Source: Bacteriovoracaceae bacterium (GTDB lineage Bacteria; Bdellovibrionota; Bacteriovoracia; Bacteriovoracales; Bacteriovoracaceae). From it: a DNA stretch of 54,288 bases. Positions 9,601 through 19,346 of this stretch are shown here, in pieces. The DNA lies in assembly GCA_041586955.1 (NCBI GenBank), contig JBFGZE010000012.1, positions 1-54,288 of the forward strand. Reading direction: 5' to 3'. A program made the translations under genes and the position numbers. Every line of letters begins with the position of its first letter. The stretch's first letter is position 1. The notes under the pieces were generated by a model that made no database searches, was not told where the DNA came from, and saw only the letters and a list, made by a program, of their open reading frames with translations.

Positions 9601-10806
9601 TCAATTCACCAGGGAGGATTCGGTACTGATTCAGTATGTGGTCTGAGAGGACGAGTCATTAAGGTGACGAACCTAAATGATAGCGGCGCTGGATCTTTAA
9701 GAGATGCGGTAAGTAAGACAGAAGCAAGAACAATTGTTTTTGAAGTTTCCGGTGCCATTAAGTTAAAGTCACGGCTTGATATTAATTCGCCTTTTATCAC
9801 CATTGCAGGACAGACGGCTCCACCTCCTGGAATATCGCTTTATCACGAAACCTTGAGGATTAATACGCACGATGTTTGTTTACAGCATTTCCGAGTTCGC
9901 CTTGGTGACCGTGATCATAATTTAAATCTTATGAGTGAGTCGAAGGCCAACGATGCGGATGCCATGGCGATACGCGGAGGGGTCAATTCAGGGGGAACGT
10001 ATAACGTCGTTCTCGATAATATGTCGGTCAGTTGGTCCGTTGATGAGAGTATCGCAATCTATGGCGGTGTCTCAAACTTAACAATTCGTGATTCCATTAT
10101 TGCTGAACCTCTAAGAAAGAGTGTTCACGAAAAAGAGCATGCATATTGTCTCCTTATTCGGAGTGAGAGTGAAAGGGTTTCTTTGATTGGTAATCTATTT
10201 GGTCATTGTCAAAGACGTTCGCCTCGAATGGATGGGGGAACATTACAATACGTAAATAATTTGGTCTATAACCCTGGCCAGTACGCAGTTCATCTGCATG
10301 AAGACCCAATCCATGTCGCAATGGTTGGCAACGTAATGGATTTTCCTAGTGACTCCAAAAATCGTTGGGAAGGTACAGGTGCAAAAGAATTTCTTGCGAG
10401 TCGAAGTCCTGAATCGAAAGTTTATTTCATGGGCAATAAAACTTTTGAGAAGCGTCCATTGTATCAGGCCCGGCTAGAAGGGAAGCCAGTGGTTTTACAA
10501 TCTGTGCCAAGAGTATGGGATGGAAATGTAAAGGCGTTAACATCAGCGGAAGTCGAAAAGTCTCTTGGAGACTGGGTTGGTGCATTTCCGCGGTATCGTG
10601 ATGCTGTTGACGCTAGAATTGTCGAAGGGGTAAAGACTCGTACAGGAACGTATTTAGACTCTCAAATGGACAAAGGTGGCTACGTTCAGATCCAGGAAAA
10701 CAAAAGGACTTTGACGCCACCCAGAGAGCCACAAAAAGATGATAACGGCGATGGTATTTCAAATTTAGTAGAGTGGTTGCAATCATATACTGATGCGATT
10801 GAGTAA
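6670..10806 (+). CDS. Large multidomain lipoprotein: two repeated SxDDAEE/SSDLE domains, Ig-like domain, right-handed beta-helix, C-terminal pectate-lyase (PL1-like) domain
   Basis: Start moved to ATG 6670 (GGAGG RBS, lipobox SVGC); motifs VTNLNDSGAGSLR, TIAGQTAP..GI, SWSVDE, RRSPR, RDAVDARIV, DDNGDG; Pro/Glu linkers. Confidence 0.85.
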   Translation: MRAFLLILGLIFSVGCVPKNKKKSNRDLSSVNKALSLTTSSTHQFLTSSISKSGNDAEEDLSSGKVDLDSSDLEMPFDRSDNQVVALRFDDLALPPNSRVISAYIQFTVDERDSSDITLAIHGEDTNDADGLMSYSNNLSKRKRTAASVSWTPPSWNTKYKAGPDQRTPDISRVLQEIVDRGDWKGNDDVVILISRLSGNGKRVAISYDGDRSYAPKLFVEFDTNSSSGSEPAPAPAPEPAPEAPIVSSITKSQVSASSDDAEENSNGVMDLTSSDLELVNEYSKQTIGIRFSALDVPQNSVITKAYIQFKVDEATTGSTKLNIYGERVGNALSFSNTSNNISGRTKTQASVTWSPADWGSVGALGAEQRTSDLKSIIQEIVSQSAWNRGNAMSFIITGEGKRVAESYDGDKSGAPMLYVEYAAAEGSESTPPVTESSTPPTIKLTAPINGAVVSGTINLQVDVTDDTGVASVQYQWDSRNIGLPVKTAPYSLKWNTAEIGDGFYTLTAIATDLDGNTRVSNYAVVQIANKASSTGQETPAPLPTTGNTLNVPAQYPTIQKAVDAAKAGDLVLIAPGSYTGGIKISSHGITLASDFIQSADSNDVKNTIIKGGEPVIMIDGNAENTKIIGLTILNGRKGVQCYVYCEVRNNFFDNVDSDAMSLESTGGKIIGNEFISSGDDAIDMDGPGESLISDNKIKICNDDGIEIRNFDYSGSTVNVVIRNNIIDEVGEDGIQLIDYPANSNRIFTFENNIITNSDDAGIGLMSNGETKEDFRAASMPERIYVFNNTIVGNQIGLSGGDNLVAVNNIFAESSTYAIKGVNGNSIVAHNLYYNTSGNILDSNVDQATMINANPKLSASYELLDGSPAIDKGTKEFVFGGEIVLKRSVYSGSNPDLGSKEYNLSTTRTIEPEPAPEPEPAPEPAPEPEPAPVPLPVPETSVELDFDFLNITGNDKDLVEGTFNPSSLANLGTQSKRSIHQGGFGTDSVCGLRGRVIKVTNLNDSGAGSLRDAVSKTEARTIVFEVSGAIKLKSRLDINSPFITIAGQTAPPPGISLYHETLRINTHDVCLQHFRVRLGDRDHNLNLMSESKANDADAMAIRGGVNSGGTYNVVLDNMSVSWSVDESIAIYGGVSNLTIRDSIIAEPLRKSVHEKEHAYCLLIRSESERVSLIGNLFGHCQRRSPRMDGGTLQYVNNLVYNPGQYAVHLHEDPIHVAMVGNVMDFPSDSKNRWEGTGAKEFLASRSPESKVYFMGNKTFEKRPLYQARLEGKPVVLQSVPRVWDGNVKALTSAEVEKSLGDWVGAFPRYRDAVDARIVEGVKTRTGTYLDSQMDKGGYVQIQENKRTLTPPREPQKDDNGDGISNLVEWLQSYTDAIE
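7360..7404 (+). repeat. Pro/Ala/Glu linker repeat (EPAPAPAPEPAPEAP)
   Basis: Imperfect 6-nt CCTGCA/CCTGAA units inside the CDS. Confidence 0.8.
9400..9486 (+). repeat. PEPAPE linker tandem repeat
   Basis: Repeated GAACCGGCCCCA/CCAGAA/CCAGCA units in frame, between the beta-helix and lyase domains. Confidence 0.85.
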
Positions 10807-10845
10807 TAGTAATATTGCCAAGGAATAAGGTTTTCAAAAAGTCGT

Positions 10846-10878
10846 CTTCACCACTTGCTCCAATGCGTAGTGGTGAAG
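10846..10878. other. Inverted repeat downstream of the large lipoprotein gene
   Basis: CTTCACCACT-N13-AGTGGTGAAG perfect 10-bp stem, no U tract. Confidence 0.5.
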
Positions 10879-11070
10879 TTCGTACTAAATGTGGAATCGA
10901 GGTAGATACTTTTATATCATTCAAAACTTGCACTAAAATTATTTACCGCACGAATAGCTGATTGAATGTTTTTATAAGAAGTCAATCCTTCCCCAGCGAA
11001 ATATCTGTGATTTTTCAAGAAAACTTTCACCCCACTAACGACATTTTTGTGAAGGAATATAAAAATTAAC

Positions 11071-12360
11071 TTAAGAAAACGGATGTGGGAACGGTTCCTG
11101 GAGTGAGTTCAAGGAACAGGTCAGGACGGTAATATCGTAAATCACGGGAATAGTTTTTGGAGTGGAAATATTATCGCTACCATCTTTAGGACCAGATATT
11201 GATATTATGGGGGCTTCGGTGGTAGCTGGCAAAGTGTAGCTCAACGCCGCCGTAGTCGTGGAACACTTTTGCCAACCGAGATCTCCCGCATTAGGAGCCG
11301 CTCCCTCATTAATTAAAATCCCCACCAAGTCTATACAATCACTGGCATCACTGGAAGAGAAGGTTGAAAGGTCATTGGCACTGGCCATCAGGTCAGGCCC
11401 TATATTGAATAGATTAACGAAGAGGGGGAGAAGTATCTAATAAAACCCCAAGATTAGTTGCTGTGGAAATATTTTGAGCAGCATCCATTCCCCACACCGT
11501 TATAGTGTGATTGCCCTTTATTGGACTAAGAGAAAAAAGGAACACCATCATTAATAGTGACACAATTTTTCCATCCGGTCGAGATTGGAGGCGGCGCAGC
11601 GCCTTCGGTGACAAAAATGAAGTCCATAAAAGTACAATTATTATCGTGACAGAGAGGTCGGTACCATCAAGCATGGTCCCCTGTCATAAACAGGGGTTAG
11701 GGGTTTCGTGGAGTCAATTTCAAAGGCGTTGAACTCAAAAAAATAATTTGATTACCAAAATTATCAATGGCGATTAACTTAATCTTGGCGCTGATAATAT
11801 TAGTATTAAGAACGATCGAGCCATAGCCGGTAGTACTCTGGACGGGCATGGTGATTGTCGCAGTCGTTAAGCTAGGATCCAAGTCTATGAGCTTGGTAAA
11901 ATGAACCCCATCATCGGAAAAATTTTATTCAAAACTAGCAAATTTCATATTTTCAGTGGCAGAAAAAAAATTGAGTATTGATTCCTTCCTGAAAAGATGA
12001 GCTACCCAATAAACAAAATGGTTTTCAGGCGCGGAGAGAGTACCGCCCACGCCTTTGCAAGAACTTGGAGTTGGTACTACAGGCCTGCCGCTCAGGTGCA
12101 GATACGAGAGGGATCATTTCATTGCGATCAAAATAACATCATCAATGGAGCTACATTCACTAAGGGTTAAATAAACATCTGCCTAGTTAGTATAATGTAT
12201 ATTACTCAAGTCGGATTGAGGTTTAGGAACGCTAGTTGCCGTGTACTGGCAGTTTTTCTCACATCATTTTGATCAGCATTTCCTACGGGACCAAAGGTCT
12301 TTACCTTATAGGTATAGGGGCTACCATTAAAAAGACCATTAATGGTATACGGTTGCTTTA
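11071..12360 (-). pseudogene. Fragmented large surface/adhesin-like protein with Ig-like and Fn3-like repeats
   Basis: Broken minus-strand frames: YTINGLFNGSPYTYKVKTFGPVGNADQNDVRKTA (Fn3-like), AKIKLIAIDNFGN, HTITVWGMDAAQNIS, EGAAPNAGDLGWQKCSTT; many stops and frameshifts; boundaries approximate. Confidence 0.65.
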
Positions 12361-12557
12361 GTCAGTTTTCGGCCATCTAGAGTGATAAATTAAGGGGATT
12401 CAATTTAATAATTAAATATTATTTTATTAAAATACGTATTTACATTGTAAATAAAATAAAAAGTCAGTTTATCTTATCGATCTTCAAAATTGGTTATTAA
12501 TCGGGAAACATGGAGAAGTGCCAATAATTTTAGGATAAAGATCATGGATGGGATTTC

Positions 12558-12586
12558 TTTACAACACCCGGGGCATTCCCTAAAAT
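12558..12586 (+). promoter_or_regulatory. sigma70-type promoter, probably leaderless, for the msbA-like gene
   Basis: TTTACA-N17-TAAAAT, then 6 nt to ATG 12593; no Shine-Dalgarno. Confidence 0.55.
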
Positions 12587-12592
12587 GGCTGA

Positions 12593-14308
12593 ATGATTGA
12601 TTTATTGCGTAATAAGCTATGGCCCTATATCCATCCCTTCCGGGGCAAAATCATTGGCGCTATTCTTCTCAGTTTTGTCTTGGCCGCAATTGGCGGGTTA
12701 CAAGTCGCTCTGATTCGGCCGTTGATGGATAAGGGTTTAAGCCCTGATTCCAAGTTTGAAGATGTGGTTATTCTCGCCGCCCAATTATTGGGTCTGGGTT
12801 TATTGAACTTTCCCTGTCGTTTTTTGCACTTCTATTGGTTGCGCTTTATTTCTGATCGCGCCACTTGCCAGGTGCGCTCCGATATCTTTAATCGTCTACT
12901 TAAATTACCCACTGATTTTTTTACTAAGTCTAAGCAGGGTGATTTGATTGCTCATATTCTCAATGATAGTCAAGTTTTTAGTTATGGTTTTAAATCGATT
13001 ATCGATTTGGTGCGCGAGCCGCTTAAAGCATCGATCTATTTGGGAATGGCCTTTTATAACGATTGGCAATTAACTCTTGTGATATTTATTATGGCGCCCT
13101 TTTTGATACTCATCTTTAGCATTTCTGGGAAAAAGGTCAAAAATAATCAGGCCTCAGTTCAAAGAGAAAATGGAGAGCTAACCCATTGCCTGGCAGAGGG
13201 GCTTCAATCTCATAAAGTGACGAAGGCGTTTAATCTGCAAGGATTTGTGGGTGAGCGCTTTAGAAAGGCACAGGACGCTTATTTTAATGCTCAATTAAAA
13301 ACAACTTTTGTTGAAGAGATGGCCCATCCCTTTGTTGAAGTGGTGGGGGCGATGGCCTTTTCCGGTGTTATCATTTTTGCCCATCACCGAATTCAATCGG
13401 GGGCCACGACAATAGGGGAATTCATTGCTTTTATCTCGGCTTTGGCCCTTTTTATGGATCCTATCCGTAAGTTTTCACAGGCCAACGTTAAACTCTCTCA
13501 GGCACAAGCAGCCGCAGACCGTATTTATGCTTTAATGGACCTTCCAGAGGAGCCGGACCAGGGGCAGGTGGAAATCTCATCTCTTGAAAAGGCCATCGTG
13601 GTAGATGACCTGACCTTTTCTTATGGCGATGGACCGGTTATTCAGAATCTTTCCCTGAGCATTGAAAAGGGGAAAAAAGTCGCTTTAGTGGGTCTTTCGG
13701 GATCTGGGAAGTCGACTTTAATCAATTTATTATTGGGCCTTTATCCCACCGAACCTGGCAAAATTATGATTGATGGCCATAGTATTGAAACCATTCGCAA
13801 ACAATCCTTACGCCATTTATTTGGTCTAGTATCACAGGATATTTTTCTCTTTCACGACAGCATCGCCGAAAACTTAACTTTAGGTGAAGGGCATGAGCAA
13901 AAGGAAATTACCCAAGCGCTAGAGATCGCCTATGCTCAGGAGTTTGTGACGAAATTACCTGAGGCGGAAAAGACGATGGTTGGGGATCGTGGAACGCGTT
14001 TGTCCGGGGGACAACAACAACGGATCACCATTGCCCGTGCCTTTTTACAAAATCCTGATGTTTTTCTTTTTGATGAGGCGACATCGGCCCTTGATAATGA
14101 ATCAGAAAAGGTGGTGCAAAAGGCCTTGGAATCATTGGCCGGCAATAAGACTGTTTTGGCGGTTGCTCACCGTTTAAGTACCGTCCAGCATTTTGATTGC
14201 ATTTATGTTATGCACGAAGGGCGCTTGGTGGAGCAGGGGAATCACGAGGAGTTAATGGCCCATGGTGGAGAGTACGCCAAGCTCTATGATTTAAGCCAAA
14301 TGGCCTAA
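12593..14308 (+). CDS. msbA: ABC exporter, MsbA-like lipid A flippase
   Basis: N-terminal transmembrane domain plus NBD with GLSGSGKST, LSGGQQQR, DEATSALDNESE, AHRLST. Confidence 0.8.
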   Translation: MIDLLRNKLWPYIHPFRGKIIGAILLSFVLAAIGGLQVALIRPLMDKGLSPDSKFEDVVILAAQLLGLGLLNFPCRFLHFYWLRFISDRATCQVRSDIFNRLLKLPTDFFTKSKQGDLIAHILNDSQVFSYGFKSIIDLVREPLKASIYLGMAFYNDWQLTLVIFIMAPFLILIFSISGKKVKNNQASVQRENGELTHCLAEGLQSHKVTKAFNLQGFVGERFRKAQDAYFNAQLKTTFVEEMAHPFVEVVGAMAFSGVIIFAHHRIQSGATTIGEFIAFISALALFMDPIRKFSQANVKLSQAQAAADRIYALMDLPEEPDQGQVEISSLEKAIVVDDLTFSYGDGPVIQNLSLSIEKGKKVALVGLSGSGKSTLINLLLGLYPTEPGKIMIDGHSIETIRKQSLRHLFGLVSQDIFLFHDSIAENLTLGEGHEQKEITQALEIAYAQEFVTKLPEAEKTMVGDRGTRLSGGQQQRITIARAFLQNPDVFLFDEATSALDNESEKVVQKALESLAGNKTVLAVAHRLSTVQHFDCIYVMHEGRLVEQGNHEELMAHGGEYAKLYDLSQMA

Positions 14309-14400
14309 TTTTCTCAAGACAAAGATCAGGTTTTCTCTTGGCCCAAGCTAATCAAATCGGTTATATTGCCCTTAACATCAAAATTGTGTAGGGGTGCATA

Positions 14401-15726
14401 GTGTCAGAATCGAATCTTAAATCAATGAATGAACTCGTTAGTTTGTGTAAACGTCGTGGCTTTATTTTTCAAAGTTCAGAAGTTTATGGTGGTCTCGCTT
14501 CTTGTTGGGATTACGGCCCTTTAGGGATCGAACTTAAATCAAATGTTAAAAACGCTTGGTGGAAATCTATGACCTATCGCCAAGATGTCGTGGGAATTGA
14601 TTCTTCCATTTTTATGCACCCGAAAGTTTGGGAGGCCTCAGGTCATGTTGAAGGTTTTAATGACCCGATGGTTGATTGTAAGCAGTGTAAATCACGCTAT
14701 CGTGAAGATCAAATTGACCTCAATGCCGCTTGCCAAAAATGTGGCGCTAAAGGTCAGTTCACTGAACCAAAAGATTTTAACTTAATGTTTAAAACTCAAA
14801 TGGGTCCGGTTGAAGACTCTTCTTCCCAAGTATATTTAAGGCCAGAAACCGCACAGGGGATTTTTGTCAATTTTCTTAATGTCCAGTCGACAATGCGAAT
14901 GAAATTACCATTTGGTATTGCTCAAATTGGTAAGGCCTTCCGTAATGAAATTACACCTGGTAATTTTATTTTTAGAACTCGTGAATTTGAACAAATGGAA
15001 ATGCAATACTTTGTGAAGCCTGGAATGCAAAAAGAATCGATGGAGGCCTGGCAAGAAGCGCGTTGGCAATGGCATATTGATAATGGCCTAAGGCCCGATA
15101 AATTGCGTTGGGCACCTCATGGCCCTGATGCTCTTGCTCATTATGCTGACGCTGCTGTTGATATTGAATATGAATTCCCTATGGGCTGGGGGGAAATGGA
15201 GGGGATTCACTCTCGCACCGATTTCGATCTTCGCCAGCATGAAAAATTCTCAGGTAAAAATTTAACCTATACTGATCAACAAGATGGCAATAAAAAGTTT
15301 CTTCCTTACGTTGTCGAAACGTCTGTGGGCTGTGATCGTTCGATCCTCGCTCTGATGTGCGATGCCTATCGTTTAGAAAATGAAGGGGATAAGCAAAATG
15401 AAAGAACTGTGATGAAGTTCTCTCCCAAAATCGCTCCTATTAAGGCCGCGATCTTACCATTGATGAAAAAGCCAGCTCTTGAAGAAATTGCGAGTAAAGT
15501 TTTTGCCGATGTTCAAAAAGAATATCGCGCAGAATACGACACGGCCGGATCAATTGGTAAGCGCTATAGACGCCAAGATGAAATAGGGACGCCTTTTTGT
15601 TTAACCGTTGATTTTGATTCTCTTGATGATAAAGCGCTCACGATTCGTGATCGAGATAGCATGGCACAGGAACGTGTCGCTCTTGATCAAGTCATGAATT
15701 ATTTAAGAGATCGATTAAAAATTTAA
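14401..15726 (+). CDS. glyQS: Glycine--tRNA ligase, homodimeric type
   Basis: [57 protein letters not shown]. Confidence 0.97.
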   Translation: MSESNLKSMNELVSLCKRRGFIFQSSEVYGGLASCWDYGPLGIELKSNVKNAWWKSMTYRQDVVGIDSSIFMHPKVWEASGHVEGFNDPMVDCKQCKSRYREDQIDLNAACQKCGAKGQFTEPKDFNLMFKTQMGPVEDSSSQVYLRPETAQGIFVNFLNVQSTMRMKLPFGIAQIGKAFRNEITPGNFIFRTREFEQMEMQYFVKPGMQKESMEAWQEARWQWHIDNGLRPDKLRWAPHGPDALAHYADAAVDIEYEFPMGWGEMEGIHSRTDFDLRQHEKFSGKNLTYTDQQDGNKKFLPYVVETSVGCDRSILALMCDAYRLENEGDKQNERTVMKFSPKIAPIKAAILPLMKKPALEEIASKVFADVQKEYRAEYDTAGSIGKRYRRQDEIGTPFCLTVDFDSLDDKALTIRDRDSMAQERVALDQVMNYLRDRLKI

Positions 15727-15752
15727 ATTATTTATTTAGATAGAGGTATTTC

Positions 15753-18410
15753 ATGGATTTGAAATGGGTTTATAGCTTTAATGAAAAGCGCACGGAAGGT
15801 AATAAAGACCTCAAAAGTTTATTAGGTGGCAAGGGGGCGAATCTGGCAGAGATGTCCTCTTTAGGTCTGAGTGTTCCTCCTGGTTTTACGGTCTCGACCG
15901 AGGCCTGTATTGATTTTAAAAACAATAATAACCGAATTAATGACACCATCAAGGCGCAGGTGAAAGCCGCCCTTTTGGAAGTTGAAGATATCACCGGAAA
16001 AAAGTTTGGGGATCAAAAAGACCCGCTACTCTTTTCCGTCCGCTCAGGGGCCCGGGCCTCGATGCCGGGTATGATGGATACCGTTCTCAATCTGGGAATG
16101 AATGATCAAACCGTTGTCGCCATGGCCAAGCTGACAGGAAATGCGCGCTTTGCCTGGGACTCTTACCGTCGTTTTATTCAGATGTACGCTAACGTTGTCA
16201 TTGGTTTTAATACCTCTCTTTTAGAAGCAACTTTGGAAGATTTAAAAGAGGCCCGAGGCGTTGATCAAGATACGGATTTAAGTGCTGATGATTGGCAAGA
16301 ATTGGTGGGAGTTTATAAACAAATTATTTTGGAAGAGTCAGGATTAAGTTTTCCTGAAGACCCTTATGATCAATTATGGCACGCTATCGCGGCGGTTTTT
16401 CAATCATGGAATAACCCGCGTGCTATTAAGTATCGCAATATTCATCGTATCGACCATAATTGGGGCACGGCCGTTAATGTGCAAAGTATGGTTTTTGGCA
16501 ATATGGGTGATGATTCTGCCACAGGTGTTTGTTTTACCCGTGACCCCTCTACTGGGGAAAAGCGCTTTTATGGCGAATATCTAGTAAATGCCCAAGGCGA
16601 AGATGTGGTGGCAGGCATTCGCACCCCACAGCCCATTAATGATGATTCAAAAACGGATACCAATAAAACTCTCGCGACCTTGGCAGAAGTCATGCCGAAG
16701 GCCTTTGCTGAGCTGGAAGAAGTTTATCAAAAATTAGAACAGCATTATCGGGATATGCAGGATATTGAGTTTACCATCGAAAAAGGTAAGCTCTATATTT
16801 TACAAACGAGAACAGGTAAAAGAACAGCAGCAGCTGCTATTAAAATTGCTGTTGATTTAGTGGCCGAAAATATTCTGACTAAAGAAGAGGCGTTGATGCG
16901 TCTCGATCCTGAAGATCTTAATCAATTATTACACCCACGTCTTGATCCTGACGCTCAAAAAATTGTTTTGGCGCAAGGCTTACCTGCTTCTCCTGGGGCG
17001 GCCATGGGAGAGATTTGTTTTCACTCTGAAGATGCTCATCTTAAGGCCGAGAAAGGGAAAAAAATTCTTCTAGTACGACTAGAGACAAGTCCTGAAGATA
17101 TTTCTGGTATGGTGGCCGCGGAAGGTGTTTTAACTGCTCGTGGGGGGATGACCTCACATGCGGCGGTGGTTGCCAGAGGTATGGGGAAACCTTGTGTTGC
17201 CGGTTGCTCGGATTTAGAAATTAATTATGAAAATAAAACGCTTGTGATTAAAGGGGAAACCTTTGGGGAAGGGGATTTCCTGACGATTGATGGTGGTACA
17301 GGTGAAGTGATGAAGGGGATTTTGCCCACTATCTCAGCGCATATCACTGAAGACTTTATGGCCTTTATGAGCTGGGCAGATGACGTGAAAAAGCTTGGAG
17401 TACGGACCAATGCAGATAATCCCCACGACTCTGAAGTTGCCCTGCGATTTGGTGCCGAGGGTATTGGCCTTTGCCGGACTGAGCATATGTTTTTTGAACC
17501 AGAGAGAATTCTCGCTGTTCGTGAGATGATCTTTGCTGAAAGTGAGCATGCCCGGGTCTTGGCCTTAGAGAAAATTTTACCTTTCCAACGAGAAGACTTT
17601 AAAGGCATTTTCTTGGCGATGCAGGGGCTGCCGGTCAATATTCGTTTATTAGATCCACCTTTGCATGAATTCTTGCCGCATACAGAGGAAGAAAAACAGG
17701 AATTAGCAGATTATCTTCATTTAAGTATAGATGAGATCGCTGTGCGGATGGAAAAATTGCATGAGGTTAATCCTATGTTGGGTCATCGTGGCTGTCGCTT
17801 GGGAGTTTCCTTTCCTGAAATTTATCAAATGCAAGTTCGCGCTATTATAGAAGCTGCTTTGACCGTGAAGTCTAAGGGAGTCGAGGTTTTCCCCGAAATA
17901 ATGATTCCTTTAGTGGCGATTGATCAAGAATTAAAGTTATTAAGAGAAAAAGCTGAAGCCCTTATCAAGGATATTTTCACCGAAAAGGGGGAAACTCTCG
18001 ATTATAAAATAGGCACCATGATCGAATTACCCCGAGCAGCGATCACCGCCAACAAGATTGCGCAATCAGCAGATTTCTTTTCCTTTGGTACTAATGATCT
18101 GACGCAAACCACTTATGGTTTATCACGTGATGATGCAGGAAAATTTCTTCCTCATTATGTAACAAAAGGGATTATGCCGAATGACCCTTTCGTGAGCTTA
18201 GATCAAGAGGGTGTGGGATTTTTGGTAAATCATGCTGTGAGAGAAGGTAAGAGTGTTAATCAAAAAATGCATATGGGAATTTGTGGAGAGCATGGTGGTG
18301 AACCACGGAGTATTGAATTTTGTAATCGAATAGGGCTTGATTATGTTAGTTGTTCACCCTTTCGAGTTCCTATTGCCCGGTTAGCGGCTGCACAAGCTGA
18401 GTTACAATAA
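15753..18410 (+). CDS. ppdK: Pyruvate, phosphate dikinase
   Basis: LLGGKGANLAEM, SMPGMMDT, GGMTSHAAVVARG, GTNDLTQ, GICGEHGG. Confidence 0.98.
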   Translation: MDLKWVYSFNEKRTEGNKDLKSLLGGKGANLAEMSSLGLSVPPGFTVSTEACIDFKNNNNRINDTIKAQVKAALLEVEDITGKKFGDQKDPLLFSVRSGARASMPGMMDTVLNLGMNDQTVVAMAKLTGNARFAWDSYRRFIQMYANVVIGFNTSLLEATLEDLKEARGVDQDTDLSADDWQELVGVYKQIILEESGLSFPEDPYDQLWHAIAAVFQSWNNPRAIKYRNIHRIDHNWGTAVNVQSMVFGNMGDDSATGVCFTRDPSTGEKRFYGEYLVNAQGEDVVAGIRTPQPINDDSKTDTNKTLATLAEVMPKAFAELEEVYQKLEQHYRDMQDIEFTIEKGKLYILQTRTGKRTAAAAIKIAVDLVAENILTKEEALMRLDPEDLNQLLHPRLDPDAQKIVLAQGLPASPGAAMGEICFHSEDAHLKAEKGKKILLVRLETSPEDISGMVAAEGVLTARGGMTSHAAVVARGMGKPCVAGCSDLEINYENKTLVIKGETFGEGDFLTIDGGTGEVMKGILPTISAHITEDFMAFMSWADDVKKLGVRTNADNPHDSEVALRFGAEGIGLCRTEHMFFEPERILAVREMIFAESEHARVLALEKILPFQREDFKGIFLAMQGLPVNIRLLDPPLHEFLPHTEEEKQELADYLHLSIDEIAVRMEKLHEVNPMLGHRGCRLGVSFPEIYQMQVRAIIEAALTVKSKGVEVFPEIMIPLVAIDQELKLLREKAEALIKDIFTEKGETLDYKIGTMIELPRAAITANKIAQSADFFSFGTNDLTQTTYGLSRDDAGKFLPHYVTKGIMPNDPFVSLDQEGVGFLVNHAVREGKSVNQKMHMGICGEHGGEPRSIEFCNRIGLDYVSCSPFRVPIARLAAAQAELQ

Positions 18411-18418
18411 GAGGTCAC

Positions 18419-19312
18419 ATGCAGGAATTACAGACGCGTGCCCTTGAATTAATGAAGGATCAGCATTTTAATTGCCTGGCGGTGGCGATTATTGATTTTA
18501 AAAATGCGTCATATAATAGTTTTGAAATTGAGGAAGGAGAGTTGCGAGCGGTGCCGCAATATTTTGACCTGGCCAGCTTAACAAAGCCTCTCACCTTGGC
18601 AGCGACTTATCTTTATCATCCCAACTTATTCTCGGCCAATGACATTCTACTTTTAGAACATCGCGCCGGTTTGCCGGCGTGGGCCCGTCTTGATGCCAAT
18701 TGGCGCGCCCATGTTGAATCCTTTGCCATTAAAGAGGCGCCCACAAAATATTCAGATTTAAGTGCCCTGCGCTTAATGTGTGAATTAGAAAAGAAATCGG
18801 GTAAAAGCTTAAAAGAGCTATGCTCCTCTTATTGGGATAAGGATTTATTTTACCACCTCGACCATCCTAATCCTCTTTTAAGTCCTTGCACTGGCCAGAG
18901 AAGAAAAGAAGAGATTCGTGGTGTAGTTCACGATGATAACGCTTTTATTATCAATGAGTTTTGCTCTCATGCAGGTCTCTTCGCCACTATTGATGGGTTG
19001 GCAAAAAGTTTAATCACGCTTAATAAGGAAACAAGCTTCGTTCAAAAAATAATGACGCTTTTTCCGGAGAAAAAAGAGCGGTTTTTACGAGGGTGGGATA
19101 CTGTTGATAACCCAGAAGAGACTCTTGCAGGCCGTGGATGTTCAGCTTATACTTTTGGTCATCTAGGTTTTACAGGGACTTCCGTATGGGTTGATGGTGA
19201 AAAGCAAAAGGCCGCCATTATCCTTAGCAATGCCACCCTTAATTACTGGTATGAGCGTGCGGGACTTCGAAAGTTGAGAAGGGAGCTCGGTCAATTGTTT
19301 TGGGAAAATTGA
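18419..19312 (+). CDS. Serine hydrolase, beta-lactamase class C/AmiE-like
   Basis: FDLASLTK (SxxK), YSD, VHDDNA, HAGLF, FGHLGFTGTS; no signal peptide. Confidence 0.85.
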   Translation: MQELQTRALELMKDQHFNCLAVAIIDFKNASYNSFEIEEGELRAVPQYFDLASLTKPLTLAATYLYHPNLFSANDILLLEHRAGLPAWARLDANWRAHVESFAIKEAPTKYSDLSALRLMCELEKKSGKSLKELCSSYWDKDLFYHLDHPNPLLSPCTGQRRKEEIRGVVHDDNAFIINEFCSHAGLFATIDGLAKSLITLNKETSFVQKIMTLFPEKKERFLRGWDTVDNPEETLAGRGCSAYTFGHLGFTGTSVWVDGEKQKAAIILSNATLNYWYERAGLRKLRRELGQLFWEN

Positions 19313-19339
19313 TAAAACAATTTCTAAGAGTTCCGATCA
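19313..19339 (+). promoter_or_regulatory. Candidate sigma28 (FliA) promoter of the Fic gene
   Basis: TAAA-N15-TCCGATCA with exact consensus spacing; ATG 7 nt downstream. Confidence 0.55.
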
Positions 19340-19346
19340 GGGATAC

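Noticed and set aside
12380..12470. AT-rich tract with several short palindromes (possible origin or att site)
   Set aside because: Such palindromes are expected by chance at this AT content; no DnaA boxes or matching partner site were seen.
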